A DNA stretch of 64,000 bases from an uncultured Trueperaceae bacterium. Its GTDB lineage: Bacteria > Deinococcota > Deinococci > Deinococcales > Trueperaceae. A program made the position numbers and the translations under genes. The stretch is from NCBI GenBank assembly GCA_963815215.1, contig CAWFFU010000014.1, forward strand, positions 18,112 to 82,111. The letters are read 5' to 3'. Position 1 is the first letter of the stretch. The number at the start of each line of letters is the position of its first letter. Shown here piece by piece: positions 1 to 8,970 of this stretch. Below the pieces are notes generated by a model. It was not told where the DNA came from. It saw nothing but the letters and a program-made list of their open reading frames with translations, and searched no databases.

Positions 1-124
1 CCGGACGCGGGCGACGCGGCCTTCGCGGAGCCTTCACACACCCTCCCCCCAACCTTCTACGGCTTCCTCCTAGGCTGACGGTGTCCCTGGGACCTCCCCA
101 GGCAGATACCGAACGGAGAAAGCC

Positions 125-739
125 ATGAAACGGACCCTCGCCATCACCGCCGCCGCCGCCCTCGCCCTCTCGCTCGCCTTCGCCTACGGACCGCGCTTCC
201 AGAACCCCGCAGGAACGGCGGGAGCCGCCGGCTACGGAGCGGGGCCCGTCCAGGCCGGCGCCGTGTTCGCCGGCACCGTGCACGATGAGGCGGCCGCCCT
301 GCTCGGGATCACCCCCGAGGAGCTGATCGCGCTTCACCAGAGCGGCAAGACGCTGCAGGACATCGCCGTCGAGCTCGGTCAGAACGCCGACGCCTTCCGT
401 ACCGCGCTGATCGACAGCCGCAACCAGGCGATCGACGAGGCCGTCGCGAACGGCGAACTCACCGACGCGCAGGGCGCCCTCATGAAGACGCGCAGCGAGG
501 CCGCCGTGACCGCCCAGCTCCAGCGCGAGATCGGCCCCAACGCGGGCTTCGCCTACGGGCCGGCTCGCGGCGCGCAGGCCTACGGCCGCCAGTCCGGTCG
601 CGCCGTCGGCCCCGCCGGCAGCCCCGGTGGGTACGGTGCGGGTGGGTACGGTACGGGCGGGTACGGCGCGGGCGGATACGGCCCGGCCTGGCAGGACGAC
701 GACGGCGCGATGCCCAACGGCCGCATGGGTCGCCGCTGA
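125..739 (+). CDS. Secreted hypothetical protein with helical core and Gly/Tyr-rich (GGYGA) C-terminal repeats
   Basis: GGAG RBS; N-terminal signal peptide (MKRTLAITAAAALALSLAFA); GC-rich third codon positions; hairpins downstream. Confidence 0.75.
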   Translation: MKRTLAITAAAALALSLAFAYGPRFQNPAGTAGAAGYGAGPVQAGAVFAGTVHDEAAALLGITPEELIALHQSGKTLQDIAVELGQNADAFRTALIDSRNQAIDEAVANGELTDAQGALMKTRSEAAVTAQLQREIGPNAGFAYGPARGAQAYGRQSGRAVGPAGSPGGYGAGGYGTGGYGAGGYGPAWQDDDGAMPNGRMGRR

Positions 740-817
740 GCCAGGACGGCCGCACGGCGCCGGGGCCCGCAGGCCCCGGCGCCCCTCGACCCCAGTGACC
801 CCAACGAGCTTCAAGGA

Positions 818-854
818 GAATGAGCCCCGCGCCTGCTAGGCGCGGGGCTCATTC
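818..854. terminator. Perfect 17-bp stem-loop between convergent genes (probable bidirectional terminator)
   Basis: gaatgagccccgcgcct-gct-aggcgcggggctcattc. Confidence 0.75.
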
Positions 855-897
855 CATGTGGGCCGGGGCGGCGACGGCGGGCGTCGCCGCGAAGAGA

Positions 898-2331
898 CTA
901 GCCCGCCGCCTCCAGCCGGTAGGTGCGCAGCACCTGCTCGTACGCCAGCGCCCGCGCCAGGGCGTGGGCGTCCTCCCCGTCCATCAGGCCGCGCACCCAT
1001 CGCCCGGCCAGCCAGTTGCTGGCCACCCGGCGCCACACCTCGTGGCGCGCGGGGATGCTGGCGAAGGCGCGGGTGTCGTCGTTGAAGCCGGCCAGGTTGT
1101 ACGCGCCCGCCGTCTCCATCACCGCGTCGAGGTAGCGCTCCATGCCCTTGACGCTGTCGAAGAACCACCAGGGCGCGCCCAGCGTGAGCGCCGGGTAGTG
1201 CCCGGCCATGGGGGCCAGCTCGCGGCTGTAACTGCTCTCGTCCAGGGTGTAGACCACCAGGCGGTAGCGCGGGTCGTTGCCGTAGGCGTTCATGAGCGGC
1301 TTCAGGGCGCGGGTCCACTCGGTCGCGAGCGGCATGTCGGCGCCCTTGTCGAGGCCGAAGCGCCGGAACACGCGGCTGTTGTGGTTGCGCAGGCTGCCCA
1401 CGTGGAGCTGCATCACCAGCCCGTCCTCGGCGCTCATGCGGGCCATCTCGAAGAGCATGTGGGCGGTGAAGCGCGGCGCGTCGTCGCCGCGCGGCGTGCC
1501 GGCCAGCGCGCGTTCGAACACGGCGCTCGCCTCCAGCTCGGAGAGCGGCGCCACGTCGGCGGTCTTCGAGGCGTGGTCGGTGGCGGCCGCGCCGAGCTCC
1601 TTGAAGAACCCGCGGCGCTGCTCGAGCGCCCGCAGGAAGCCCGGGTAGTCGCTCACCTCGAGCCCGGAGACCTCGGCCAGGCGATCGATGTTGGCGCGCC
1701 AGCCCTCGGCGTCGAGGTTGAGCACCGCGTCGGGCCGGAAGGTGGGGCGCACCCGGTCGAAGCCCTGATCGAGCATCGTCCGGTGGTGCTCGAGGGTGTC
1801 GGTGGCCGCGTCGGTGGTGGCCAGGGTGTGGATGTTGAAGCGTTCGAACAGCGCGCGCGGGCGGTAGGCGGGCTGCTGGAGCTTCGCCTGGACGGCGTCG
1901 TAGATGCGCTGGGCGTTGTCGCCGCTCAACTTCTCGTCGATCCCGAAGAGCTGCTCGAACTCCAGCGTCAGCCACAGCCCCGTGGGGGTGCCGCGGAACA
2001 GGTGGAAGTGCTCTGCGAAACGCTGCCAGATGGCGCGCGGGTCGCTCTCGACCGGACTGCCGTCGCGGCTGGGGACCCCCAGGTCCTCCATCGGCACGCC
2101 CTGGCTGTAGAGCATGCGGAAGACGTAGTGGTCGGGGATGATGAAGAGCTGCGCCGGATCGGGCAGGGCGCGGTCCTCGGCCAGCATGCGGGGGTCGACG
2201 TGGCCGTGCGGCCCCACGATGGGCAGGTCCTTGATGCCGGCGAACAGCTCGCGGGCGAGCGCGCGTTGCGCGGGCTCGGGGCTGAAGCAGCGGTCGGCGG
2301 CTGCCGAGCGCGCCGGGGATGCGGTGGTCAT
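898..2331 (-). CDS. uxaC: Glucuronate/uronate isomerase
   Basis: PIVGPHGHVDP, PDHYVFRMLYSQG, ELAPMAGHYP, GAPWWFFDS and GFNDDTRAF motifs; ATG at 2331 overlaps the gntK stop (ATGA), so the start is shorter than in the ORF track. Confidence 0.93.
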   Translation of the reverse strand: MTTASPARSAAADRCFSPEPAQRALARELFAGIKDLPIVGPHGHVDPRMLAEDRALPDPAQLFIIPDHYVFRMLYSQGVPMEDLGVPSRDGSPVESDPRAIWQRFAEHFHLFRGTPTGLWLTLEFEQLFGIDEKLSGDNAQRIYDAVQAKLQQPAYRPRALFERFNIHTLATTDAATDTLEHHRTMLDQGFDRVRPTFRPDAVLNLDAEGWRANIDRLAEVSGLEVSDYPGFLRALEQRRGFFKELGAAATDHASKTADVAPLSELEASAVFERALAGTPRGDDAPRFTAHMLFEMARMSAEDGLVMQLHVGSLRNHNSRVFRRFGLDKGADMPLATEWTRALKPLMNAYGNDPRYRLVVYTLDESSYSRELAPMAGHYPALTLGAPWWFFDSVKGMERYLDAVMETAGAYNLAGFNDDTRAFASIPARHEVWRRVASNWLAGRWVRGLMDGEDAHALARALAYEQVLRTYRLEAAG

Positions 2332-2951
2332 GGTTTCCCCTCCTTGTTCTGCGGCTCGCTCTGCGGCTCGCTGTGCGGCTCGCTGTGCACGGTGCGGTCC
2401 TTCGCGTCGCGCGGGGCCTCGCTCGTTGCTGCGGAGCCGCCGGCACGTACGCCGCGTTGGGCGAGCCCGGCGAGCGCCTGCCGCACGGAGGCCGGTAGGC
2501 TGCTGCGCACATCGACGCTCACCGCGTCCTCGGGTTCCTCCAGGTCGCGGAACTGGCTGCGCAGCATCGACGCCTTCATGTAGTGACCCTTGCGCCGGCG
2601 CATGCGCCTCAGCAGCGTGTCGAAGTCGCTGTGGAGGTAGACGAAGCTCACGCGGGCTTCCGGCTCGGCTCCCCTCAGCAGCTGCCGATAGCGCTCCTTC
2701 AGGGCCGAGCACGACAGCACCAGCGAGCGTCCCTCGGCGGCGTGCTCCTCGATGAGCTGCCGCAGTCGCTCGAGCCAGGGCTGCCGGTCCTCGTCGGTCA
2801 GCGGCACCCCGGCCGCCATCTTGGCGATGTTGGCCTTCGGGTGGTAGGCGTCGGCGTCGGCATAGGCGAACCCCAGGTGGGAAGCGATGCGCTTCCCGAT
2901 GGTGGTCTTGCCCGATCCGGAGACGCCCATCACCACGATCGCGTCGGCCAC
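2328..2951 (-). CDS. gntK: Gluconokinase (GntK/IdnK type)
   Basis: VVMGVSGSGKTT P-loop, DADAYHPKANIAKMAAGVPLTDEDRQPWL, CSALKERYR, HYMKASMLRSQF. Confidence 0.92.
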   Translation of the reverse strand: MADAIVVMGVSGSGKTTIGKRIASHLGFAYADADAYHPKANIAKMAAGVPLTDEDRQPWLERLRQLIEEHAAEGRSLVLSCSALKERYRQLLRGAEPEARVSFVYLHSDFDTLLRRMRRRKGHYMKASMLRSQFRDLEEPEDAVSVDVRSSLPASVRQALAGLAQRGVRAGGSAATSEAPRDAKDRTVHSEPHSEPQSEPQNKEGKP

Positions 2952-2954
2952 CGC

Positions 2955-4238
2955 TCAGCCCTCCCGCAGCCGGAACAGGTGCTCGCCGGCGTTCTCAACC
3001 AGCAGTAGCCCCTCGTCCTCGCGGTCGCGCCACGCCTCGGGATCGATGCCGGCGGGGTCGCGGTAGCCGAGGTCGATGGCGCGGCACACCTCTTCGGGGA
3101 TGCCGGTGGCGAGCGTGACGCGGATGCGCGGCCGCTCGACGCCGTCCTCGAAGGTACCGCCCCCCTTGACGTGGGTGGAGTGCGCCAGGATGGCCCACGG
3201 CACGTCCTCGAAGCGCTCCCATTGGTGGGTGAAGTAGTCGCGCACGTGGTAGCCGACCTGCCGGATCAGGTGGCCGTGGACGGTGCTGATCTCGTCGAGC
3301 TCGGGAGCGTAGATGATGACCTCGCCGCCGTCGGCCACCACCGGCTCGGTCTTGTACATCGCCTTGGCGGCGGTCCACAACTCGTCGTACATGGGCGACG
3401 GCATCGACAGCACGGAACGGTAGGGACGCGGCTTCCACAGGATGTTCAGCTCGCCCGACAGGTCGGCGGCCGCCTCCCAGGCGCCGACGAGGTCCCCCAG
3501 GTAGAGGCCGTGGAGGGTCTTGCCCTCCATCACCAGCGCGGCCAGGGTCACCGGCCGGGCGTCGGTCACGAAGGCGGCGGCGCGGTGCAGCACCCGCCTC
3601 ACGGCGGTGTCCTTGACGCCGATGGTGGCGTGGCTGGTGGCGAGGGCGCCCAGCCAGTGGGTGTTGTCGATGATGTCGGGCCCGGCGATGCCGGGGAAGA
3701 GGTACTTGGCGCCTCCCGAGAAGCCGGCCACCTCGTGCGGGAACACCGGCCCGACGATCAACAGGTGGTCGTAGTCGAGGATCCTGCGGTTGAGCCGCAC
3801 CGGTGTGGGCCGCGTGACGAGGCCGCCGGTCAGCTCCGCCATGGTGCTGTGGGAGATGGTGCCGAGGTCCGTCATGGCGTCGTCGTCCTGCCAGGCGTGG
3901 TTGAACACCCGGCTCTTGGGCGTGCGGCGCGCGCGCTCGCCTTCGTCCATGCCCACCAGCCGGGCGATGGCGTCGTCCGACATGGGCGGATGGGTGCCGA
4001 GCGCGATCAGGTAGTCGAGCTGCGCCACGCGTTCCCCCAGCGCCTCGTAGAGCCGGCGGTAGAGCATGGGCAGCGGTGCGCTGCGGGTGCCGTCCGGGAT
4101 GATGACGAGCACCCGCTTGCCGTCGATCGGGAGATCGGCCAGTCCAGTCTGGAGCAGCCGGGCGACGGCGCTCTCGTCGAGCGCGCGGTCGAGGTACCCT
4201 TCGCCGTGGACGAAGGCGGCAGGCTCGGGGGCGGTCAT
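2955..4238 (-). CDS. LarA-family (lactate racemase superfamily) 2-hydroxyacid racemase/epimerase; probable mannonate/gluconate 2-epimerase
   Basis: IIPDGTR, IALGTHPPM, FNH, VFPHEVAGFSGGAKYLFPGIAG and AKAM motifs of LarA; lies between uxuB-like and gntK. Confidence 0.85.
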   Translation of the reverse strand: MTAPEPAAFVHGEGYLDRALDESAVARLLQTGLADLPIDGKRVLVIIPDGTRSAPLPMLYRRLYEALGERVAQLDYLIALGTHPPMSDDAIARLVGMDEGERARRTPKSRVFNHAWQDDDAMTDLGTISHSTMAELTGGLVTRPTPVRLNRRILDYDHLLIVGPVFPHEVAGFSGGAKYLFPGIAGPDIIDNTHWLGALATSHATIGVKDTAVRRVLHRAAAFVTDARPVTLAALVMEGKTLHGLYLGDLVGAWEAAADLSGELNILWKPRPYRSVLSMPSPMYDELWTAAKAMYKTEPVVADGGEVIIYAPELDEISTVHGHLIRQVGYHVRDYFTHQWERFEDVPWAILAHSTHVKGGGTFEDGVERPRIRVTLATGIPEEVCRAIDLGYRDPAGIDPEAWRDREDEGLLLVENAGEHLFRLREG

Positions 4239-4280
4239 GGCCGGCCCCTTCCGGGCGGGCGTGGACGATCCATCGCCGGC

Positions 4281-5117
4281 TCAGACCCCGCTGAAGGCGG
4301 AGAAGCCGCCGTCGACCGGAACGATGGCGCCGGTCACGAAGGCGCTGCCGGGATCGACCAGCCACAGCAAGGTGCTGGCGAGATCGCTCGCCGCGCCCAG
4401 CCGCCCCATCGGAGTGTGCCCGACCACGCTGGCGCCGCGCGGCGTCAGCTCGCCCGACTCGGCGTCGACCATGAGGTACTGGTTCTGCTGGGTCAGGAAG
4501 AACCCTGGCGCGAGCGCGTTGACGCGGATGCCGGGGCCGTAGGTCTGGGCGAGGTGCACGGCCAGCCAGCGCGTCAGGTTGTTGACCGCCGCCTTGGCCG
4601 CGGCGTAGCCCACCACGCGCGTGAGCGGCCGTTCGGCCGCCATCGACGACACGTTGACGATGACGCCGCGCCCGCGATCCGCCATGTCACGCCCGAACAC
4701 CTGACAGGCCTGCAGCGTCCCCAGCAGGTTGAGGTCGACCACCCTGCGCAGGGCATCGGGATCGAGGTCGAAGAAGGTCCGGTCGTCCGTGGCGGTGGCG
4801 CGCGGGTCGTTGCCGCCGGCGCCGTTGACCAGGATGTCGACGGGCCCGTAGAGCTCGTGCACGCGCTCGCGGGCACGCTGCAGGGAGACCGCGTCCACCA
4901 CGTCGGCGATGACCGCCTGGGCGTCGCCTCCGTGCTCGCGGATGCGCGCGGCCACCGGCTCGGCCGACTCCAGATGGCGGCTCACCACCGCGACCCGGGC
5001 GCCGGCGCCGGCCAGCGTCTCGGACAGGCTCGAGCCCAGCCCGCCGCTGCCGCCGGTCACCACGGCCACCGAGCCCGCCAGGGGGCCCTGCGCGCCGGCC
5101 ACGGGGTCGGCGCTCAT
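4281..5117 (-). CDS. uxuB: SDR-family D-mannonate oxidoreductase (fructuronate reductase)
   Basis: TGGSGGLG, DILVNGAGGN, YAAAK, RVNALAPGFFLTQQN; operon context. Confidence 0.8.
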   Translation of the reverse strand: MSADPVAGAQGPLAGSVAVVTGGSGGLGSSLSETLAGAGARVAVVSRHLESAEPVAARIREHGGDAQAVIADVVDAVSLQRARERVHELYGPVDILVNGAGGNDPRATATDDRTFFDLDPDALRRVVDLNLLGTLQACQVFGRDMADRGRGVIVNVSSMAAERPLTRVVGYAAAKAAVNNLTRWLAVHLAQTYGPGIRVNALAPGFFLTQQNQYLMVDAESGELTPRGASVVGHTPMGRLGAASDLASTLLWLVDPGSAFVTGAIVPVDGGFSAFSGV

Positions 5118-6616
5118 CGCGCCGCCTCCGCGAAGGGCCGCACGTGCTTGACGAAGTGGCGCTCGAGCGCCGCGTAGTGCTCCTCCTCGTGGGAGCGCAA
5201 CTCGCGCTGCAGGGCGTCCCCGTAGGCCTCCAGGGCGGAGCCGAAGGTGACGTGCAACACCTGCCGGGCGTCGAACTGGTCGAGCAGGCCCGGCAGGTCG
5301 GCGTCGCGCAGAGCGCCCTCCTCGGGCACCTTCGCCAGCTCCGCGGAGATGTGGTAGCTGGCGCGGTCGATGGGGTAGCGCACGCGCGCGAACGCCAGGA
5401 TCTCGCGGAACAGCGCCGGCGCCACCCCGGCGACGACGCGCAGCGCCTCCAGGTAGGAGGTGCCCGCCGTCTTGAGGTGGGCCAGGCCGCCGGTGGCCTG
5501 CGTGAACGGCCCGTAGACGGAGAACTTGTCCGAGCCGGAGTGCAGGCTCAGCTTGTAGGGCCCGAGCGCGCGGGCGATGGCGGCGTGGCGCTTGAGGTCG
5601 ACGGTGAGTGCGTCCACGTCGCCGATGTAGTCCACGCCCTTCTCGAAACGGCCGGGGAAGCGCGGGGCGAGGCTCACCCAGACAACGCCCAGGCGCTTCA
5701 GCTCGAGCGCGATGAAGGCGTGCTCGGCCGGGGAGGTGGGGGTGCCGGTCTCGTCGACGGAGACCTCGAAGTCGAACGCGTCCAGGCGCGAGGCGAGGTG
5801 GCGGTACATACGCGCGACGTGGGCCAGCGCGGCGCCGTACTTGGCTGCGGCGCGCAGCACGGCCTCGCGCTCCAGGGTGAGGCGCTCGTCCTCCAGCTCG
5901 ACGACGCGGCCGACGTACGCCTTCTCCAGCGCCTCGCGGGTGGTCTCGAGCCGCTCCCAGGGGAGCGCCGCCAGGCGCCGCTCGAGGTCGGCGGGGTCCG
6001 CGCTGTCGGCGTCATCGTCGACGTGGTCGCCCGGATCCACGGTGAAGAAGGAGAAGCCGGCGTCGACGCAGGCGTCGATGTGTTCGGGGAGCTTGAGGTG
6101 GTCGGCGTCGGCACCGAGCGGCCCGCGCCAGCCCGCTTCGAAGGCGCCGAAGGTGGCGTCGCGCAGCACCTCGGTGGGAGAGCGCCGGGTGCGCGTCATC
6201 TCGCGGATCGACTGCTGCGCGAAGATGGGCGCGACGAGCCCGCCGGCCGCGCCGGCGCGGCCGAGCGAGCGCACGTGGCCGGGCGTGGCGATGCCGAGGC
6301 GGTCGCCGAAGCCGGCCGAAGTGGCGAGTCCGAGCGGGCGCGGCGTCAGGTCGGGCAGGGCCGCACGGAGCGCGGCCGCGTTGGCGTCGTTCAGCGGGCA
6401 GCGCAGCAGCGCCAGCCCGTCGACGGTGCCGGCAGGGGCGCCTTCGAAGCGCTCCAGCACCGGCGATCCCGGCAGCGCGGCGACCAGCAGGCGCTTGCCG
6501 TAGGGCCCGAGCTCGAGCGCCAGCACGGCGCCCTCGAGGTCGGTGCGAGAGCCGGGGTAGAGCTGCGCGCCGGGGCGCGCCAGGCGCTCGCTGGACAGGG
6601 CGGCGGGTCGGGTCAT
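5114..6616 (-). CDS. uxaE: Tagaturonate/fructuronate epimerase
   Basis: GFGDRLG, FAQQSIRE, GADADHLK, FEVSVDET, FEKGVDY, KLSLHSGSDKFS, HLKTAGTSYLEALR. Confidence 0.9.
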   Translation of the reverse strand: MTRPAALSSERLARPGAQLYPGSRTDLEGAVLALELGPYGKRLLVAALPGSPVLERFEGAPAGTVDGLALLRCPLNDANAAALRAALPDLTPRPLGLATSAGFGDRLGIATPGHVRSLGRAGAAGGLVAPIFAQQSIREMTRTRRSPTEVLRDATFGAFEAGWRGPLGADADHLKLPEHIDACVDAGFSFFTVDPGDHVDDDADSADPADLERRLAALPWERLETTREALEKAYVGRVVELEDERLTLEREAVLRAAAKYGAALAHVARMYRHLASRLDAFDFEVSVDETGTPTSPAEHAFIALELKRLGVVWVSLAPRFPGRFEKGVDYIGDVDALTVDLKRHAAIARALGPYKLSLHSGSDKFSVYGPFTQATGGLAHLKTAGTSYLEALRVVAGVAPALFREILAFARVRYPIDRASYHISAELAKVPEEGALRDADLPGLLDQFDARQVLHVTFGSALEAYGDALQRELRSHEEEHYAALERHFVKHVRPFAEAAR

Positions 6617-7656
6617 GGGTGAACCTCCTCAACTCGCGGCGTCAAGGGACGCACGGGGGCGGCGACGGTGCTGCCGCGCACCACCAGGGTGGGGCGGAGC
6701 ACCACCTCGGCGCGCACGTTGCGGCCCGCGATGCGGTCGAACAGGATACGCATCGCGTTCACGCCGAGATCGTACTTGGGGACGTGAAGAGTGGTCAGCG
6801 GAGGGGTGAACATGCGGGCGAAGGCGATGTCGTCGAAGCCGATGACGGCGATGTCCTGCGGCACCCGCAGACCCGCCGTGGCGCACGCCTGCAGGGCGCC
6901 GGCGGCGACGAGATCGTTGTAGCACAGCAGGGCGTCGAGCGGGCCGGCCATCTCGAACAGGCGCGCGGCAGCCTCGGCGCCGTCGTCGATGTAGGGAGCG
7001 GTCTTGACCAGCCGATCGGGCGAGAGCGGCAGGCCGCGCGCCTCGAGGCCGGCCCGGATCCCTTCCAGCCGCTCGCGGGCGGCGAACGAGCTGTCGGGGC
7101 CGGCGAGCACGCCGATGCGCCGGCGGCCCAGCGCCAGCAGGTGGTCGATGGCCTGCATGACGCCGCTGACGTGGTCGAGGCGTACCGCGCCGGCCACTTC
7201 GGGCGGCGCCGAGCGGTTCACGACCACGGCCGCCCTGTGGCTACGCAGCAGAGCGTGGAGCTGCCGCTCGGGCAGCCTCGGGCTCACCACGATGACGCCG
7301 TCCACGCGCCGCTCCTCCATCAGCCGCAGGATGTTGGCCTCGCGCCGCTGGTCCTCGACGGCGTTGCTCAGGAACACCCCGTAACCCGCCTCCAGCGCCA
7401 CGTCCTCGGCGCCGCGGACGATCTCGGGGAAGTAGGGATTGGTGATGTCGGGCACGACCAGCCCGAGCGTGTGGGAGCGGCTGGCCTTGAGCCCGCGGGC
7501 GAGGCTGTTGCGGCGGTAGCCGAGCTCGTGGATGGCGGCCCGTACCTGCGCCCGCCGCCCGTCGCTCACCCCCGGTTGCTCGTTGAGCACGCGGGACACG
7601 GTCATGGCGGATACGCCGGCGGCGCGCGCAACGTCCTGGATGGTGACTCGTGGCAT
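6613..7656 (-). CDS. LacI-family transcriptional regulator
   Basis: N-terminal HTH TIQDVARAAGVSAMTVSRVLN; VIGFDD and PPLTTL effector domain; start reassigned to ATG 7656. Confidence 0.92.
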   Translation of the reverse strand: MPRVTIQDVARAAGVSAMTVSRVLNEQPGVSDGRRAQVRAAIHELGYRRNSLARGLKASRSHTLGLVVPDITNPYFPEIVRGAEDVALEAGYGVFLSNAVEDQRREANILRLMEERRVDGVIVVSPRLPERQLHALLRSHRAAVVVNRSAPPEVAGAVRLDHVSGVMQAIDHLLALGRRRIGVLAGPDSSFAARERLEGIRAGLEARGLPLSPDRLVKTAPYIDDGAEAAARLFEMAGPLDALLCYNDLVAAGALQACATAGLRVPQDIAVIGFDDIAFARMFTPPLTTLHVPKYDLGVNAMRILFDRIAGRNVRAEVVLRPTLVVRGSTVAAPVRPLTPRVEEVHP

Positions 7657-7772
7657 GTCCGTGGGTCCGCTCCGATCCTGTTCACCGTTAACGATACCAG
7701 ACCTCGATCGGCGTTGGAGCGGCGTTGGTGGGGACTCCCGGGAAACTGCGACGGAGCCGGGACATCGTGTCG

Positions 7773-7801
7773 TTGACACCCTTCGGGGGCCGTGCTAGCG
7801 T
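7773..7801 (+). promoter_or_regulatory. Sigma70-type promoter for the TRAP operon
   Basis: TTGACA (7773-7778), 17 bp spacer, TGn-TAGCGT (7796-7801). Confidence 0.75.
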
Positions 7802-7860
7802 TCAGGAGATGTTCACACCACGCCCTCGGCTCGCGTGGACCCACGAGCTTGCGTTCGTTC

Positions 7861-7879
7861 GCGAACGTTAACGTTCACG
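7861..7879. promoter_or_regulatory. LacI-type operator (perfect palindrome GAACGTTAACGTTC)
   Basis: Palindrome at 7863-7876; related site GTTAACGATAC at about 7687-7697 upstream of the lacI gene. Confidence 0.65.
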
Positions 7880-7976
7880 CGCAGTACGGGAGGGGTTTGC
7901 GAGATGAGAGGGCGACCGCGCTCCGGAGGATCTCCGCGCGGGTGGGGTCCGGTCGTAGACCGGAGAAGGGAGACGC

Positions 7977-8954
7977 ATGCGACGCTTCGTGATGTCCCTG
8001 TTCGTTCTGGCCGCCCTGATGACGGGGGTGGCGACCGCCCAGCAGATCACGCTGAAGGCGGCCGACAACCAGCCCGAGGATTACCCGACCGTCCAAGGGC
8101 TCAAGTTCATGGCCAACTATCTCGATGCCGCCACCAAAGGGCGCATCAAGATGGAGGTCTTCGCCGGGGGGCAGCTCGGTGACGAGCGCTCCACCATCGA
8201 GCAGGTCCAGCTCGGCGTCATCGACGTCGTGCGCACCTCGACCAGCCCGGTCGGCGAGTTCTACGCGCCCATGGGCGTGTTCAGCATGCCGTACATCTTC
8301 CGCGATGCGGCGCACATGTGGAAGGTCGTGCAGGGCCCGATCGGGCGCGAGCTGCTCGACGGCCTGCAGCAGGCGAACCTCGTAGGGCTCGCCTACTACG
8401 ACTCCGGCAGCCGCAACTTCTACACCACCAAGGCCGCCGGCCCCATCAAGAGCGTGGCCGACCTCAAGGGCAAGCGCATCCGTACCCAGCAGAGCGAGGT
8501 CGTCCTGGACATGATGAAGGCGCTCGGTGCGGAGCCCGTGCCGATGGCCTTCGGTGAGGTCTACAGCGCGCTGCAGACCGGCGTCATCGACGGCGCCGAG
8601 AACAACTTCCCCTCCTACGGCCCGCAGGGCGTGCGCCACTACGAGGTGGCCCCCTACTTCACGCTCGACGGTCACGCTCGCGTGCCCGAGGTCGTGATGA
8701 TCAGCAAGTCCAGCTGGGACAAGCTCAGCACCGCGGACCAGAGCCTGGTGCGCGAGGCCGCCCTGGCCAGCGTGCCCGTGGAGATGGCGCTGTGGGCGAA
8801 GCTCTCCAACTCCAGCCGCGACGAGGTCGTGAAGGCCGGCAGCGAGATCATCACGGTCGACACCGCCGCGTTCCAGGCCGCCATGAAGCCGGTGTACGAC
8901 AAGTACGGCTCGCAGTACGGCGACCTGATCCAGCGCATCGTCGACACCAAGTAG
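7977..8954 (+). CDS. dctP: TRAP transporter solute-binding protein (DctP family), probably for uronates
   Basis: Signal peptide; GQLGDE, DLKGKRIR, EVYSALQTGVIDGAENN. Confidence 0.92.
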   Translation: MRRFVMSLFVLAALMTGVATAQQITLKAADNQPEDYPTVQGLKFMANYLDAATKGRIKMEVFAGGQLGDERSTIEQVQLGVIDVVRTSTSPVGEFYAPMGVFSMPYIFRDAAHMWKVVQGPIGRELLDGLQQANLVGLAYYDSGSRNFYTTKAAGPIKSVADLKGKRIRTQQSEVVLDMMKALGAEPVPMAFGEVYSALQTGVIDGAENNFPSYGPQGVRHYEVAPYFTLDGHARVPEVVMISKSSWDKLSTADQSLVREAALASVPVEMALWAKLSNSSRDEVVKAGSEIITVDTAAFQAAMKPVYDKYGSQYGDLIQRIVDTK

Positions 8955-8970
8955 AGGGGGTCGCGATCCC

